A stretch of DNA of 64,000 bases from Octopus sinensis (lineage: Eukaryota): positions 136,276,001 to 136,340,000 of the forward strand of contig NC_043000.1 in NCBI RefSeq assembly GCF_006345805.1, read 5' to 3'. Positions 38,101 through 50,399 of this stretch are shown one piece after another (the first letter of the stretch is position 1; every line of letters starts with the position of its first letter). The translations under genes were made by a program, and so were the position numbers. The notes under the pieces are model-generated. The model was not told the origin of the DNA, did not search any database, and was given only the letters and a program-made list of their open reading frames with translations.

Positions 38101-41100
38101 TCCTCTAAAATCCCCCTCTCTGGAATGTTCAACAATCCTTCCTACCCTTCCTCCCCTTCACCTCTCAAATCCCCCTCTCTGGAATGTTCAAATTCCTTTC
38201 TCCCCTTCCTCCCCTTCACCTCCTCAAATCCCCCTCTCTGGAATGTTCAACATTCCCCCACCCCTTCCTCCCATTCTCCTCTCAAATCCCCCTCTCTGGA
38301 ATGTTCAACATTCCTATCTCCCCTTCCTCCCCTTAACCTCCTCTAAAATCCCCCTCTCTGGAATGTTCAACATTCCTCCCACCCCTTCCTCCCATTCTCC
38401 TCTCAAATCCCCTCTCTGGAATGTTCAACATTTTTTTCCTCCCTCCCTTCCTCCCCTTCCCTCTAAAATCCCCTCTCTGGAATGTTCAACATTCCTCCCT
38501 CACCTTCCTCCATTCTCCTCTCAAATCCCCTCTCTGGAATGTTCAACATTCCTTCTCCTCTTCCTCCCCTTCACCTCTAAAATCCCCCTCTCTGGAATGT
38601 TCAACAATCTTCCTCCCCATCCTCCCCTTCTCCTCTCAATCCCCTCTCTGGAATGTTCAACATTCCTCCATTCCCTTCCTCCCCTTCTCCTCTAAAATCC
38701 CCCCTTCTGGAATGTTGAACAATCATTCCTCCTCTTCCTCTCTTCTCTAAAATCCCCCTATCTGGAATGTTCAACAATCCTCCCCCTTCTCCTCTATAAT
38801 GCCCTCTCTGGAATGTTCAACATTCCTTTCTCCCCTTCCTCCCCTTCACCTCTCAAATCCCCCTCTCTGGAATGTTCAACATTCCTCCCACCCCTTCTCT
38901 CCCATTTCTCCTCTCAAATCCCCCTCTCTGGAATGTTCAACATTCCTCCCTCCCTTCCTCCCCTTTTCTCTAAAATCCCCTCTCTGGAATGTTCAACAAC
39001 TTCCTCCCCTTCCTCCCCTTCTCCTCTCAAATCCCCCTCTCGGGAATGTTCAACATTCCTCCTTCCCCTTCCTCCCTTCTCCTCTAAAATCCCCCTCTCT
39101 GGAATGTTCAACAATCTTCCTCCTCTTCCTCCTCTTCTCTAAAATCCCCCTCTCTGGAATGTTCAACAATCCTCCCCTTCTCTATAATCCCCCTCTCTGG
39201 AATGTTGAACATTCTTTCTCCCCTTCCTCCATTCACCTCTCAAATCCCCCTCTCTGGAATGTTCAACATTCCTCCCTCACCTTCCTCCCATTCTCCTCTC
39301 AAATCCCCCTCTTGGAATGTTCAACATTCCTCCTCCCTTCCTCCCCTTCACCTCTAAAATCCCCCTCTCTGGAATGTTCAACATTCCTCCCTCCGTTCCT
39401 CCCATTCTCCTCTCAAATCCCCCTCCTCTGGAATGTTCAACTTTCCTCCCTACCCTTCCTCCCCTTTCCTCTAAAATCCCCCTCTCTGGAATGTTGAACA
39501 TTCTTTATCCCCTTCCTCCCCTTCTCCTCTCAAATCTCCCTCTCTGGAATGTTCAACATTCCTCCTCCCTTCCTCCCATTCTCCTCTAAAATCCCCCTCT
39601 CTGGAATGTTCAACATTCCTCCTCCCCTTCACCCTCTCATATCCCTCCTCTCTGGAATGTTCAACATTCCTCCTCCCCTTTCTCCATCTTCCTCTCAAAT
39701 CCCCCCTCTGGAATGTTCAACATTCCTCCTCCCCTTCTCCCCTTCTCCTCTCAAATCCCCTCTCTGGAATGTTCAACATTCCTCCTCCCTTCCTCCCCTT
39801 CTCCTTCAAATCCCCTCTCTGGAATGTTCAACATTCCTTCCTCCCCTTCCTCCCCTTATCCTCTCAAACCCCCCTCTCTGGAATGTTCAACATTCCTTTC
39901 TCCCCATCCTCCCCTTCACCTCTCAAATCCCCCTCTCTGGAATGTTCAACATTCCTCCCACACCTTCCTCCCTTCCCATTCACCTCTCAACCCACCTCTC
40001 CGGAATGTTCAACATTCCTTTCTCCCCTTCCTCCCCTTCACCTCTCAAATCCCCCTCTCTGGAATGTTCAACATTCCTCCCACCCCTTCCTCCCATTCTC
40101 CTCTCAAATCCCCTCTCTGGAATTTTCAACATTCCTCCCTCCCCTTCCTCCCCTTCTCCTCTAAAATCCCCCCTCTCTGGAATGTTCAACAATCCTTCCT
40201 CCCCTTCCTCCCCTCTCCTCTCAAATCCCCCTCTCTGGAATGTTCAACATTCCTCCCTCCTCTTCCTCCCCTTCTCTAAAATCCCCCTCTCTGGAATGTT
40301 CAACATTCCTCCTACACCTTCCTCCCATTCTCCTCTCAAATCCCCCTCTCTGGAATGTTCAACATTCCTCTCACACCTTCCTCCCATTCTCCTCACAAAA
40401 CCCCCTCTCTGGAATGTTCAACATTCCTCCCACACCTTCCTCCCATTCTCATCTCAAATCCCCCTCTCTAGAATGTCAACATGCCTTCTTCTTTCTCCTT
40501 CTCTCACTCCCCCTTCCTCCCCTTCACCTCTCAAATCCCCCTCTCTGGAATGTTCAACATTCCTCCCACCCCTTCCTCCCCTTCTCCTCTAAAATCCCCC
40601 TCTCTGGAATGTTCAACAATCCTTCCTCCCCTTCCTCCCCTTCTCCTCTCAAATCCCCCTCTCTGGAATGTTCAACATTCCTCCCTCCCCTTCCTCCCCT
40701 TCTCTTCTAAAATCCCCCTCTCTGGAATGTTCAACATTCCTCCCACACCTTCCTCCCATTCTCCTCTCAAATCCCCCTCTCTGGAATGTTCAACATTCCT
40801 TTCTCCCCTTCCTCCCCTTCACCTCTCAAATCCCCCTCTCTGGAATGTTCAACATTCCTCCCACCCTTCCTCCCATTCTCCTCTCTCAAATCCCCCTCTC
40901 TGGACTGCTCGACATTCCTCCTCCCCTTCCTCCCCTTCTCCACTAAAATCCCCCTCCTGGAATGTTCAACAATCCTCCCACCCCTTCCTCCTCCGCTTCT
41001 CCTCTCAAATCCCCCTCTCTGGAATGTTCAACATCCTCCATTCCCTCCTTCCTCCCCTTCTCCTCTAAATCCCCCTCTCTGGAATGTTCAACAATCCTTC

Positions 41101-44100
41101 CTCCTCTTCCTCCTCCTTTCTCTAAAATCCCCCTATCTGGAATGTTCAACAATCCTCCCCTTCTCTATAATCCCCCTCTCTGGAATGTTGAACATACCTT
41201 TCTCCCCTTCCTCCCCTTCACCTCTCAAATCTCCCTCTCTGGAATGTTCAACTTCCTCCCTCACCTTCCTCCCATTCTCCTCCTCTCAATCCCCCTCTCT
41301 GGAATGTTCAACATTCCTCCCTCCCCTTCCTCCCCTTCACCTCTCAAATCCCCCTCTCTGGAATGTTCAACATTCCTCCCACACCTTCCTCCCATTCTCC
41401 TCTCAAATCCCCCTCTCTGGAATGTTCAACATTCCTTCCTCCCCTTCCTCCCCTTCACCTCTCAAATCCCCCTCTCTGGAATGTTCAACATTCCTCCCAC
41501 CCCTTCCTCCCATTCTCCTCTCAAATCCCCCTCTCTGGAATGTTCAACATTCCTCCCTCCCCTTCCTCCCCTTCTCCTCTAAAATCCCCCTCTCTGGAAT
41601 GTTCAACATTCCTCCCTCCCCTACTTCCCATTCTCCTCTCAAATCCCCCTCTCTGGAATGTTCAACTTTCCTCCCTCACCTTCCTCCCATTCTCCTCTCA
41701 AATCCCCCTCTCTGGAATGTTCAACATTCCTCCCTCCCCTTCCTCCCCTTCACCTCTCAAATTCCCCTCTCTGGAATGTTCAACATTCCTCCCTCCCCTA
41801 CATCCCATTCTCCTCTCAAATCCCCCTCTCTGGAATGTTCAACTTTCCTCCCTCCCCTTCCTCCCCTTCTCCTCTCAAATCCCCCTCTCTGGAATGTTCA
41901 ACATTCCTCCCACACCTTCCTCCCATTCTCCTCTCAAATCCCCCTCTCTGGAATGTTCAACATTCCTTTCTCCCCTTCCTCCCCTTCACCTCTCAAATCC
42001 CCCTCTCTGGAATGTTCAACATTCCTCCCACCCCTTCCTCCCATTCTCCTCTCAAATCCCCCTCTCTGGAATGTTCAACATTCCTCCCTCCCCTTCCTCC
42101 CCTTCTCCCCTAATATCCCCCTCTCTGGAATGTTCAACAATCCTTCCTCCCCTTCCTCCCCTTCCTCCCCTCCTCCCCTTCTCCTCTCAAATCCCCCTCT
42201 CTGGAATGTTCAACATTCCTCCCTCCCCTTCCCCTTCTCCTCTAAAATCCCCCTCTCTGGAATGTTCAACATTCCTCCTACACCTTCCTCCCATTCTCCT
42301 CTCAAATCCCCTCTCTCTGGAATGTTCAACATTCCTTCTCCTTCTCTCTCCCTCCCCTTCCTCCTCCCCTTCACCTCTCCCACCTCCTCAACTCCCCTCT
42401 CTGGAATGTTCAACATTCCTCCCACCCCTTCCTCCCATCTCCTCTCAATCCCCCTCTCTGGAATGTTCAAATTCCTCCCTCCCTTCCTCCCCCTTCTCCT
42501 CTAAATCCCCCTCTCTGGAATGTTCAACATTCCTCCCTCACCTTCCTCCATTCTCCTCTCAAATCCCCCAGTCTGGAATTCAACATTCCTCCCCCCCCTT
42601 CCTCCCCTTCTCCCTTCACCTCTCAAATCCCCCTCTCTGGAATGTTCAACATTCCTTTCTCCCTCCCCTCCTCCCCTTCACCTCTCAATCTCCCTCTCTG
42701 GAATGTTCAACATTCCCCCTCACCTTCCTCCCATTCTCCTCTAAATACCCCTCTCTGGAATGTTCAACATTCCTCCCTCCCTTCCTCCCCTTCACCCCTC
42801 AAATCCCCCTCTCTGGAATGTTCAACATTCCTCCCCCCTCCCGTACCTCCATTCTCCTCTCAAATCCCCCTCTCTGAATGTTCAACATTCCTCCCTCCCC
42901 TCCTCCCCTCCTCCTTCTCCTCTAAAATCCCCTCTCTGGAATGTTGAACATTCCTTTCTCCCCTTCCTCCCCTTCACCTCTCAAACTTCCTCTCTGGAAT
43001 GTTCAACATTCCTCCCTCCACCCTTCCTCCCATTCTCCTCTCAAATCCCCCTCTCTGGAATGTTCAACATTCCTTCCTCCCCTTCCTCCCCTTCAACTCT
43101 CAAATCCCCCTCTCTGGAATGTTCAACATTCCTCCCTCCCCTCCCTACCTCCCATTCTCCTCTCAAATCCCCTCTCTGGATGTTCAACATTCCTCCTCCC
43201 CTTCCTCCCCTTCTCCTCTAAAATCCCCCTCTCTGGAATGTTCACATTTCCCATTCCCCTTCCTCCCATTCTCCTCTCTAATACCCTCTCTTGAATGTTC
43301 AATATTCCTCCTTCCCTTCCTCCCCTTCTCCTCTAAAATCCCCCACTCTCTGGAATGTTCAACATTCCTCCCACACCTTCCTCCCATTCTCCTCTCAAAT
43401 CCCCCTCTCTGGAATGTTCAACATTCCTTTCTCCCCTCCTCCCCTTCCTCCCTTTACCTCTCAAATCCCCCTCTCTGGAATGTTCAACATTCCTCCCTCC
43501 ACCCTCCTCCCATTCTCCTCTCAAATCCCCCTCTCTGGAATGTTCAACATTCCTCCCTCCCCCCCCCCCTTCTCCTCTAAAATCCCCTCTCTGGAATGTT
43601 CAACAATCCTTCCTCCCCTTCCTCCCCCCTTCACCTCTCAAATCCCCCTCTCTGGAATGTTCAACATTCCTTTCTCCCCTTCCTCCACTTCACCTCTCAA
43701 ATCCCCCTCTCTGGATTGTTCAACATTCCTCCAACACCTTCCTCCCCCATTCTCCTCTCAAATCCCCCTCTCTGGAATGTTCAACATTCCTTTCTCCCCT
43801 TCCTCCCATTCACCTCGCAAATCCCCCTCTCTGGAATGTTCAACATTCATCCCACCCCTTCCTCCCCTTCTCCTCTAAAATCCCCCTCTCTGGAATGTTC
43901 AACATTCCTCCCTCCCTTTCCTCCCCTTCTTCTCTAAAATCCCCCTCTCTGGAATGTTCAACAATCGTTCCTCCCCTTCTCCTCTCAAATCCCCCTCTCT
44001 GGAATGTTCAACATTCCTCCCTCGCCTTCCTTCCTCCCCCTTCTCCTCTAAATCCCCCTCTCTGGAATGTTCAACATTCCTCCCACACCTTCCTCCCATT

Positions 44101-47100
44101 CTCCTCTCAAATCCCCTTCTCTGGAATGTTCAAAATTCCTATCTCCCCTTCCTCCACTTAACCTCTCAAATCCCCCTCTCTGGAATGTTCAACATTCCTC
44201 CCACCCCTTCCTCCGATTCTCCTCTCAAATCCCCCTCTCTGGAATGTTCAACATTCCTCCCTCCGCTTCCTCCCATTCTTCTCTAAAATCCCCCTCTCTG
44301 GAATGTTCAACATTCCTGCTACACCTTCCTCCAATTCTCCTCTCAAATCCCCCTCTCTGGAATGTTCAACATTCCTTTCTCCTCTTCCTCCCCTTCACCT
44401 CTAAAATCCCCCTCTCTGGAATGTTCAACAATACTTCCTCCCCATCCTCCCCTTCTCCTCTCAAATCCCCCTCTCTGGAATGTTCAACATTCCTCCATTC
44501 CCTTCCTCCCCTTCTCCTCTAAAATCCCCCCCTCTGGAATGTTCAACAATCCTTCCTCCTCTTCCTCCTCTTCTCTAAAATCCCCCTATCTGGAATGTTC
44601 AACAATCCTCCCCTTCTCCTCTATAATGCCCCTCTCTGGAATGTTGAACATTCCTTTCTCCCCTTCCTCCCCTTCACCTCTCAAATCCCCCTCTCTGGAA
44701 TGTTCAACATTCCTCCCACACCTTCCTCCCATTCTCCTCTCAAATCCCCCTCTCTGGACTGTTCGACATTCCTCCCTCGCCTTCCTCCCCTTCTCCTCTA
44801 AAATCCCCCTCTCTGGAATGTTCAACAATCCTTCCTCCCCTTCCTCCCCTTCTCCTCTCAAATCCCCCTCTCTGGAATGTTCAACATTCCTCCATTCCCT
44901 TCCTCCCCTTCTCCTCTAAAATCCCCCTCTCTGGAATGTTCAACAATCCTTCCTCCTCTTCCTCCTCTTCTCTAAAATCCCCCTATCTGGAATGTTCAAC
45001 AATCCTCCCCTTCTCTATAATCCCCCTCTCTGGAATGTTGAACATTCCTTTCTCCCCTTCCTCCCCTTCACCTCTCAAATCTCCCTCTCTGGAATGTTCA
45101 ACATTCATCCCTCACCTTCCTCCCATTCTCCTCTCAAATCCCCCTCTCTGGAATGTTCAACATTCCTCCCTCCCCTTCACCTCTCATATCCCCCTCTCTG
45201 GAATGTTCAACATTCCTCCCTCCCCTACTTCCCATTCTCCTCTCAAATCCCCCTCTCTGGAATGTTCAACTTTCCTCCCTCCCCTTCCTCCCCTTCTCCT
45301 CTCAAATCCCCCTCTCTGGAATGTTCAACATTCCTCCCTCCCCTTCCTCCCCTTCTCCTCTAAAATCCCCCTCTCTGGAATGTTCAACATCCTTCCTCCC
45401 TCCCCCCCTCCTCCCCTTCACCTCTCAAATCCCCCTCTCTGGAATGTTCAACATTCCTCCCACACCTTCCTCCCATTCACCTCTCAAATCCCCCTCTCTG
45501 GAATGTTCAACATTCCTTTCTCCCCTTCCTCCCCTTCACCTCTCAAATCCCCCTCTCTGGAATGTTTCAATTCCTTCCTCCCACCCCACCTTCCTCCCAT
45601 TCTCCTCTCAAATCCCTCCTCTCTGGAATGTTCAACATTCCTCCCTCCCCTTCCTCCCCTTCTCCTCTAAAATCCCGCCTCTCTGGAATGTTCAACAATC
45701 CTTCCTCCCCTTCCCCCTTCTCTCCTCCCCTCTCGTCTCAAATCCCCCTCTCTGGAATGTTCAACATTCCTCCCTCCTCTTCCTCCCCTTCTCTCAAATC
45801 CCCCTCTCTGGAATGTTCAACATTCCTCCTACACCTTCCTCCCATTCTCCTCTCAAATCCCCCTCTCTGGAATGTTCAACATTCCTCCCACACCTTCCTC
45901 CCATTCTCCTCACAAAACCCCCTCTCTGGAATGTTCAACATTCCTTTCTCCACTTCTTCTCCCCCTTCACCTCTCAAATCCACCTCTCTGGAATGTTCAA
46001 CATTCCTCCCCCACCTTCCTCCCTCCCATCTCATCTCAAATCCCCCTCTCTGGAATGTTCAACATTCCTTCTCCCCTTCCTCCCCTTCACCTCTCAAATC
46101 CCCCTCTCTGGAATGTTCAACATTCCTCCCACCCCTTCCTCCCCTTCTCCTCTAAAATCCCCCTCTCTGGAATGTTCAACAATCCTTCCTCCCCTTCCTC
46201 CCCTTCTCCTCTTAAATCCCCCTCTCTGGAATGTTCAACATTCCTCCCTCCCCTTCCTCCCCTTCTCTTCTAAAATCCCCCTCTCTGGAATGTTCAACAT
46301 TCCTCCTCTCCTCCCCCCCTTCCTCCCATTCTCCTCTAAAATCCCCTCTCTGGAATGTTCAACATTCCTTTCTCCCCTTCCTCCGCTTCTCCTCTCAAAT
46401 CCCCCTCTCTGGAATGTTCAACATTCCTCCATTCCCTTCCTCCCCTTCTCCTCTAAAATCCCCCTCTCTGGAATGTTCAACAATCCTTCCTCCTCTTCCT
46501 CCTCTTCTCTAAAATCCCCCTATCTGGAATGTTCAACAATCCTCCCCTTCTATATAATCCCCCTCTCTGGAATGTTGAACATTCCTTTCTCCCCTTCCTC
46601 CCCTTCACCTCTCAAATCCCCCTCTCTGGAATGTTCAACATTCCTCCCTCCCTTCCTCCCATTCTCCTCTCAAATCCCCCTCTCTGGAATGTTCAACATT
46701 CCTCCCTCCCCTTCCTCCCCTTCACCTCTCAAATCCCCCTCTCTGGAATGTTCAACATTCCTCCCACATCTTCCTCCCATTCTCCTCTCAAATCCCCCTC
46801 TCTGGAATGTTCAACATTCCTTTCTCCCCTTCCTCCCCTTCACCTCTCAAATCCCCCTCTCTGGAATGTTCAACATTCCTCCCACCCCCCCTTCCTCCAT
46901 TCTCCTCTCAAATCCCCCTCTCTGGAATGTTCACATTCCTCCCTCCCCCCCTCCCCTTCCTCCCCTCTCCTCTAAATCCCCCTCTCTGGAATGTTCACAA
47001 CATTCCTCCCTCCCCTACTTCCCATTCTCCCTCAAATCCCCCTCATCCCCTCTCTGGAATGTTCAACATTCCCTCCCTCACCTTCCTTCCCATTCTCCTC

Positions 47101-48825
47101 TCAAATCCCCCTCTCTGGAATGTTCAACATTCCTCCCTCCCCTTCCTCCCTCCTCCCCTTCACCTCTCAAATTCCCCTCTCTCGAATGTTCAACATTCCT
47201 CCTCCCCCTACATCCCATTCTCCTCTCAAATCCCCCTCTCTGGAATGTTCAACTTTCCTCCCTCCCCTTCCTCCCCTTCTCCTCTCAAATCCCCCTCTCT
47301 GGAATGTTCAACATTCCTCCCACACCTTCCTCCCATTCTCCTCTCAAATCCCCCTCTCTGGAATGTTCAACATTCCTCCCTCCGCTTCCTCCCCATTCTT
47401 CTCTAATCCCCCTCTCTGGAATGTTCAACATTCCTGCTACCCTTCCTCCCTTCTCCTCTCAAATCCCCCTCTCTGGAATGTTCAACATTCCTTTCCCTCT
47501 TCCTCCCCTTCACCTCTAAAATCCCCCTCTCTGGAATGTTCAACATCTTCCTCCCCTTCCTCCCCTTCTCCTCTCAAATCCCCCTCTCTGGAATGTTCAA
47601 CATTCCTCCCTTCCTTCCTCCCCTTCTACTCTAAAATCCCCCTCTCTGGAATGTTCAACATTCCTCCTCCTCTTCCCTCCTCTTCTCTAAAATCCCCCTA
47701 TCTGGAATGTTCCACATCCTCCCCTTCTCTATAATCCCCCTCTCTGGAATGTTGAACATTCCTTCCTCCCCTTCCTCCCCTTCACCTCTCAAATCTCCCT
47801 CTCTGGAATGTTCAACATTCCTCCCTCCCCTTCCTCCCCTTCTCCTCTCAAATCCCCCTCTCTGGAATGTTCAACATTCCTTTCTCCCCTTCCTCCCCTT
47901 CACCTCTCAAATCCCCCTCTCTGGAATGTTCAACATTCCTCCCACCCCTTCCTCCCATTCTCCTCTCAAATCCCCCTCTCTGGAATGTTCAACATTCCTC
48001 CCTCCCCTTCCTCCCCTTCTCCTCTAAAATCCCCCTCTCTGGAATGTTCAACATCCTTCCTCCCCTTCCTCCCCTTCTCCTCTCAAATCCCCCTCTCTGG
48101 AATGTTCAACATTCCTCCCTCCCTTCCTCCCCTTCTCCTCTAAAATCCCCCTCTCTGGAATGTTCAACATTCCTCCTACCCCTTCCTCCCATTCTCCTCT
48201 CAAATCCCCCTCTCTGGAATGTTCAACATTCCTCCCCCCTTCCTCCCCCTTCTCCTCTCAAAATCCCCCTCTCTGGAATGTTCAACAATCCTTCCTCCCC
48301 TTCCTCCCCTTCTCCTCTCAAATCCCCCTCTCTGGAATGTTCAACATTCCTTCCTCCTTTCCTCCCCTTCCTCCCCTTCACCTCTCAACCCCCTCCTGGA
48401 ATGTTCAACATTCCTCCCCCCTTACTCCCCCCTTCTCCCTTCTCTCTCAAATCCCCCTCTCTGGAATGTTCAACATTCCTATCCTCCCTTCCTCCCCTTC
48501 TCCTCTCAAATCCCCCTCTCTGGAATGTTCAACATTCCTCCCACCCCTTCCTCCCCTTCTCCTCTCAAATCCCCCACTCTCTGGAATGTTCAACATTCCT
48601 CTCCCTCCCCTTCCTCCATTCTCCTCTAAAATCCCCCTCTCTGGAATGTTCAACATTCCTCCCTCCTCCCCTTCCTCCTCCTCCTCTCCTCTCAAAATCC
48701 CCCTCTCTGGAATGTTCACATTCCTTTCTCCTCTTCCTCCCCTCTTCCTCCCCTTCACCTCTAAAATCCCCCTCTCTGGAATGTTCAACAATCTTCCTCC
48801 CCTTCCTCCCCTTCTCCTCTCAAAT
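35165..48825. repeat. Tandem satellite array, 59-bp monomer, about 230 copies, truncated by an assembly gap
   Basis: Consensus GGAATGTTCAACATTCCTCCCTCCCCTTCCTCCCCTTCTCCTCT(A/C)AAATCCCCCTCTCT. Successive starts are 59 bp apart in clean parts. Copy number is length/59, not an exact count. Confidence 0.99.
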
Positions 48826-48925
48826 NNNNNNNNNNNNNNNNNNNNNNNNNNNNNNNNNNNNNNNNNNNNNNNNNNNNNNNNNNNNNNNNNNNNNNNNNNN
48901 NNNNNNNNNNNNNNNNNNNNNNNNN
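48826..48925. other. Assembly gap (100 N placeholder)
   Basis: Exactly 100 Ns. Confidence 1.
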
Positions 48926-49111
48926 AAGAACCTCTTGTTTAATTGTAAACAAATAAAATTCTCTTAATCCATTTTAAAATAACTGGTTGTTTCAAAATAT
49001 TTTATTTGTCAAGTAACTAGTGTGACTACTTCTGTTGGCTTCTAATTAAACAAAGTAACCTTTGCCACAAATGTAACTGATACAATAATAATGTGAATAA
49101 GTGAATCTTGT

Positions 49112-49303
49112 AAAGATCTGGAAATAGAGATAGCATGAATGTTGGTCCTGAATAGAGACACAACACCTATAATAGTAGATGCTTTGGGAACAATGAAAAA
49201 ATCATGCAGATAAATACATGATGGCAGGACTTAGAAACATGCATAACATGCAGAAAATAGCACTGCTATGCACGGCAAGAATATTACACTGGATAGTTTC
49301 AAT
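49112..49303 (+). mobile_element. R4/Dong-like LINE, C-terminal REL-endonuclease relic
   Basis: KDLEIEIA*M..TPIIVDALGTMKK..NMQKIALLCTARILHWIVSI. Confidence 0.82.
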
Positions 49304-49704
49304 ACTCTTTTACTTGTTTCAGTCATTTGACTGCATTAATGCTGGAGCACCACCTTTAGTTGAATCAAATTGACCCCATGACTTATTCTTTGTAAGCCTG
49401 GTACTTATTCTATCGGTCTCTTTTGCTGAACCGCTAAGTTACGGGGACCTAAACACACCAGCATCGGTTGTCAAGTGATGTTAGGAGGACAAACACAGAT
49501 ACACATCATATACACACACATACATATATATATATATATACATATATACAATGGGCTTCTTTCAGTTTCCATCTACCAAATCCACTCACAAGGCTTTGGT
49601 CGGCCTGAGGCTATAGTAGAAGACACTTACCCAAGGTGCCACGCAGTGGGACTGAACCTGGAACCACGTGGTTGGTAAGTAAGCTACTTGCCGCACAGCC
49701 ACTC
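49304..49704 (-). mobile_element. SINE family A, near full length
   Basis: Reverse complement of consensus. Its tail abuts the end of the LINE relic. Confidence 0.9.
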
Positions 49705-49804
49705 ACACAACAAATCTCCATATATCAAAGGCATATAGTTGGCAGTGCAGTGAAAGAGCACAATAAAATTAAACTTTTGAAAATTAATAATAATAGAAAT
49801 AATG

Positions 49805-49995
49805 GTTTCAAATTTTGGCACAAGGCCAGCAGCTCTTGGAAGGGTACAAGTTGATTACATCAACCGCAATGTCTATCTGGTACTTACTTTATCAACCTTG
49901 TAAGGATGAAAGGCAAAGTCAGTCTCAGTGGAGACAGACGGAATACTTCTAAGCATTTTGTTCAGCATGCTAACTATTCTGTCAGATTACTGCCT
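49805..49995 (-). mobile_element. Degraded SINE family B
   Basis: AAGGATGAAAGGCAAAGTC central block. B-box region deleted. Confidence 0.7.
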
Positions 49996-50284
49996 TGAAT
50001 TATAATATAAATAATGATGATAATAATAATAATAATAATAATAATAATTGACATAAGAATTTATAAACTTACGAAGGAACATAAAATAATTTCTTTTTTT
50101 GAACAGTGGATCTCAAAGCATACAATAAGCTATAAATAATAGTATGTAAACATTGGATTGAAAAAGTCTTTGGAGAGAAAAATTTAAATTTGCTGGAAGG
50201 ACTCAAACCCAGTGAAGCCCCCACCCCACCCCCACCACAACCATATACACACAAACAAACACATGCATATATATATATACATAT

Positions 50285-50325
<41 letters not shown>

Positions 50326-50399
50326 TATTCTGAAAAGATTCAGAGCTTCTTCCTGCATGAATTCTGGTTCAAAACATCTATAGAGTTAGTGATTGTTTA

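Noticed and set aside
35165-48825. CRISPR-like appearance (palindromic repeat plus variable spacer)
   Set aside because: The linkers are variants of one sequence, not unique spacers. No cas genes are present and the context is eukaryotic.
35195-48967. Many long Pro/Ser/Leu-rich ORFs (up to 788 aa) in the array
   Set aside because: The 59-bp period cycles through all frames and the G-poor strand has few stops (TAA mainly in the CTAAAAT variant). All three frames give the same peptide, so these are artefacts.
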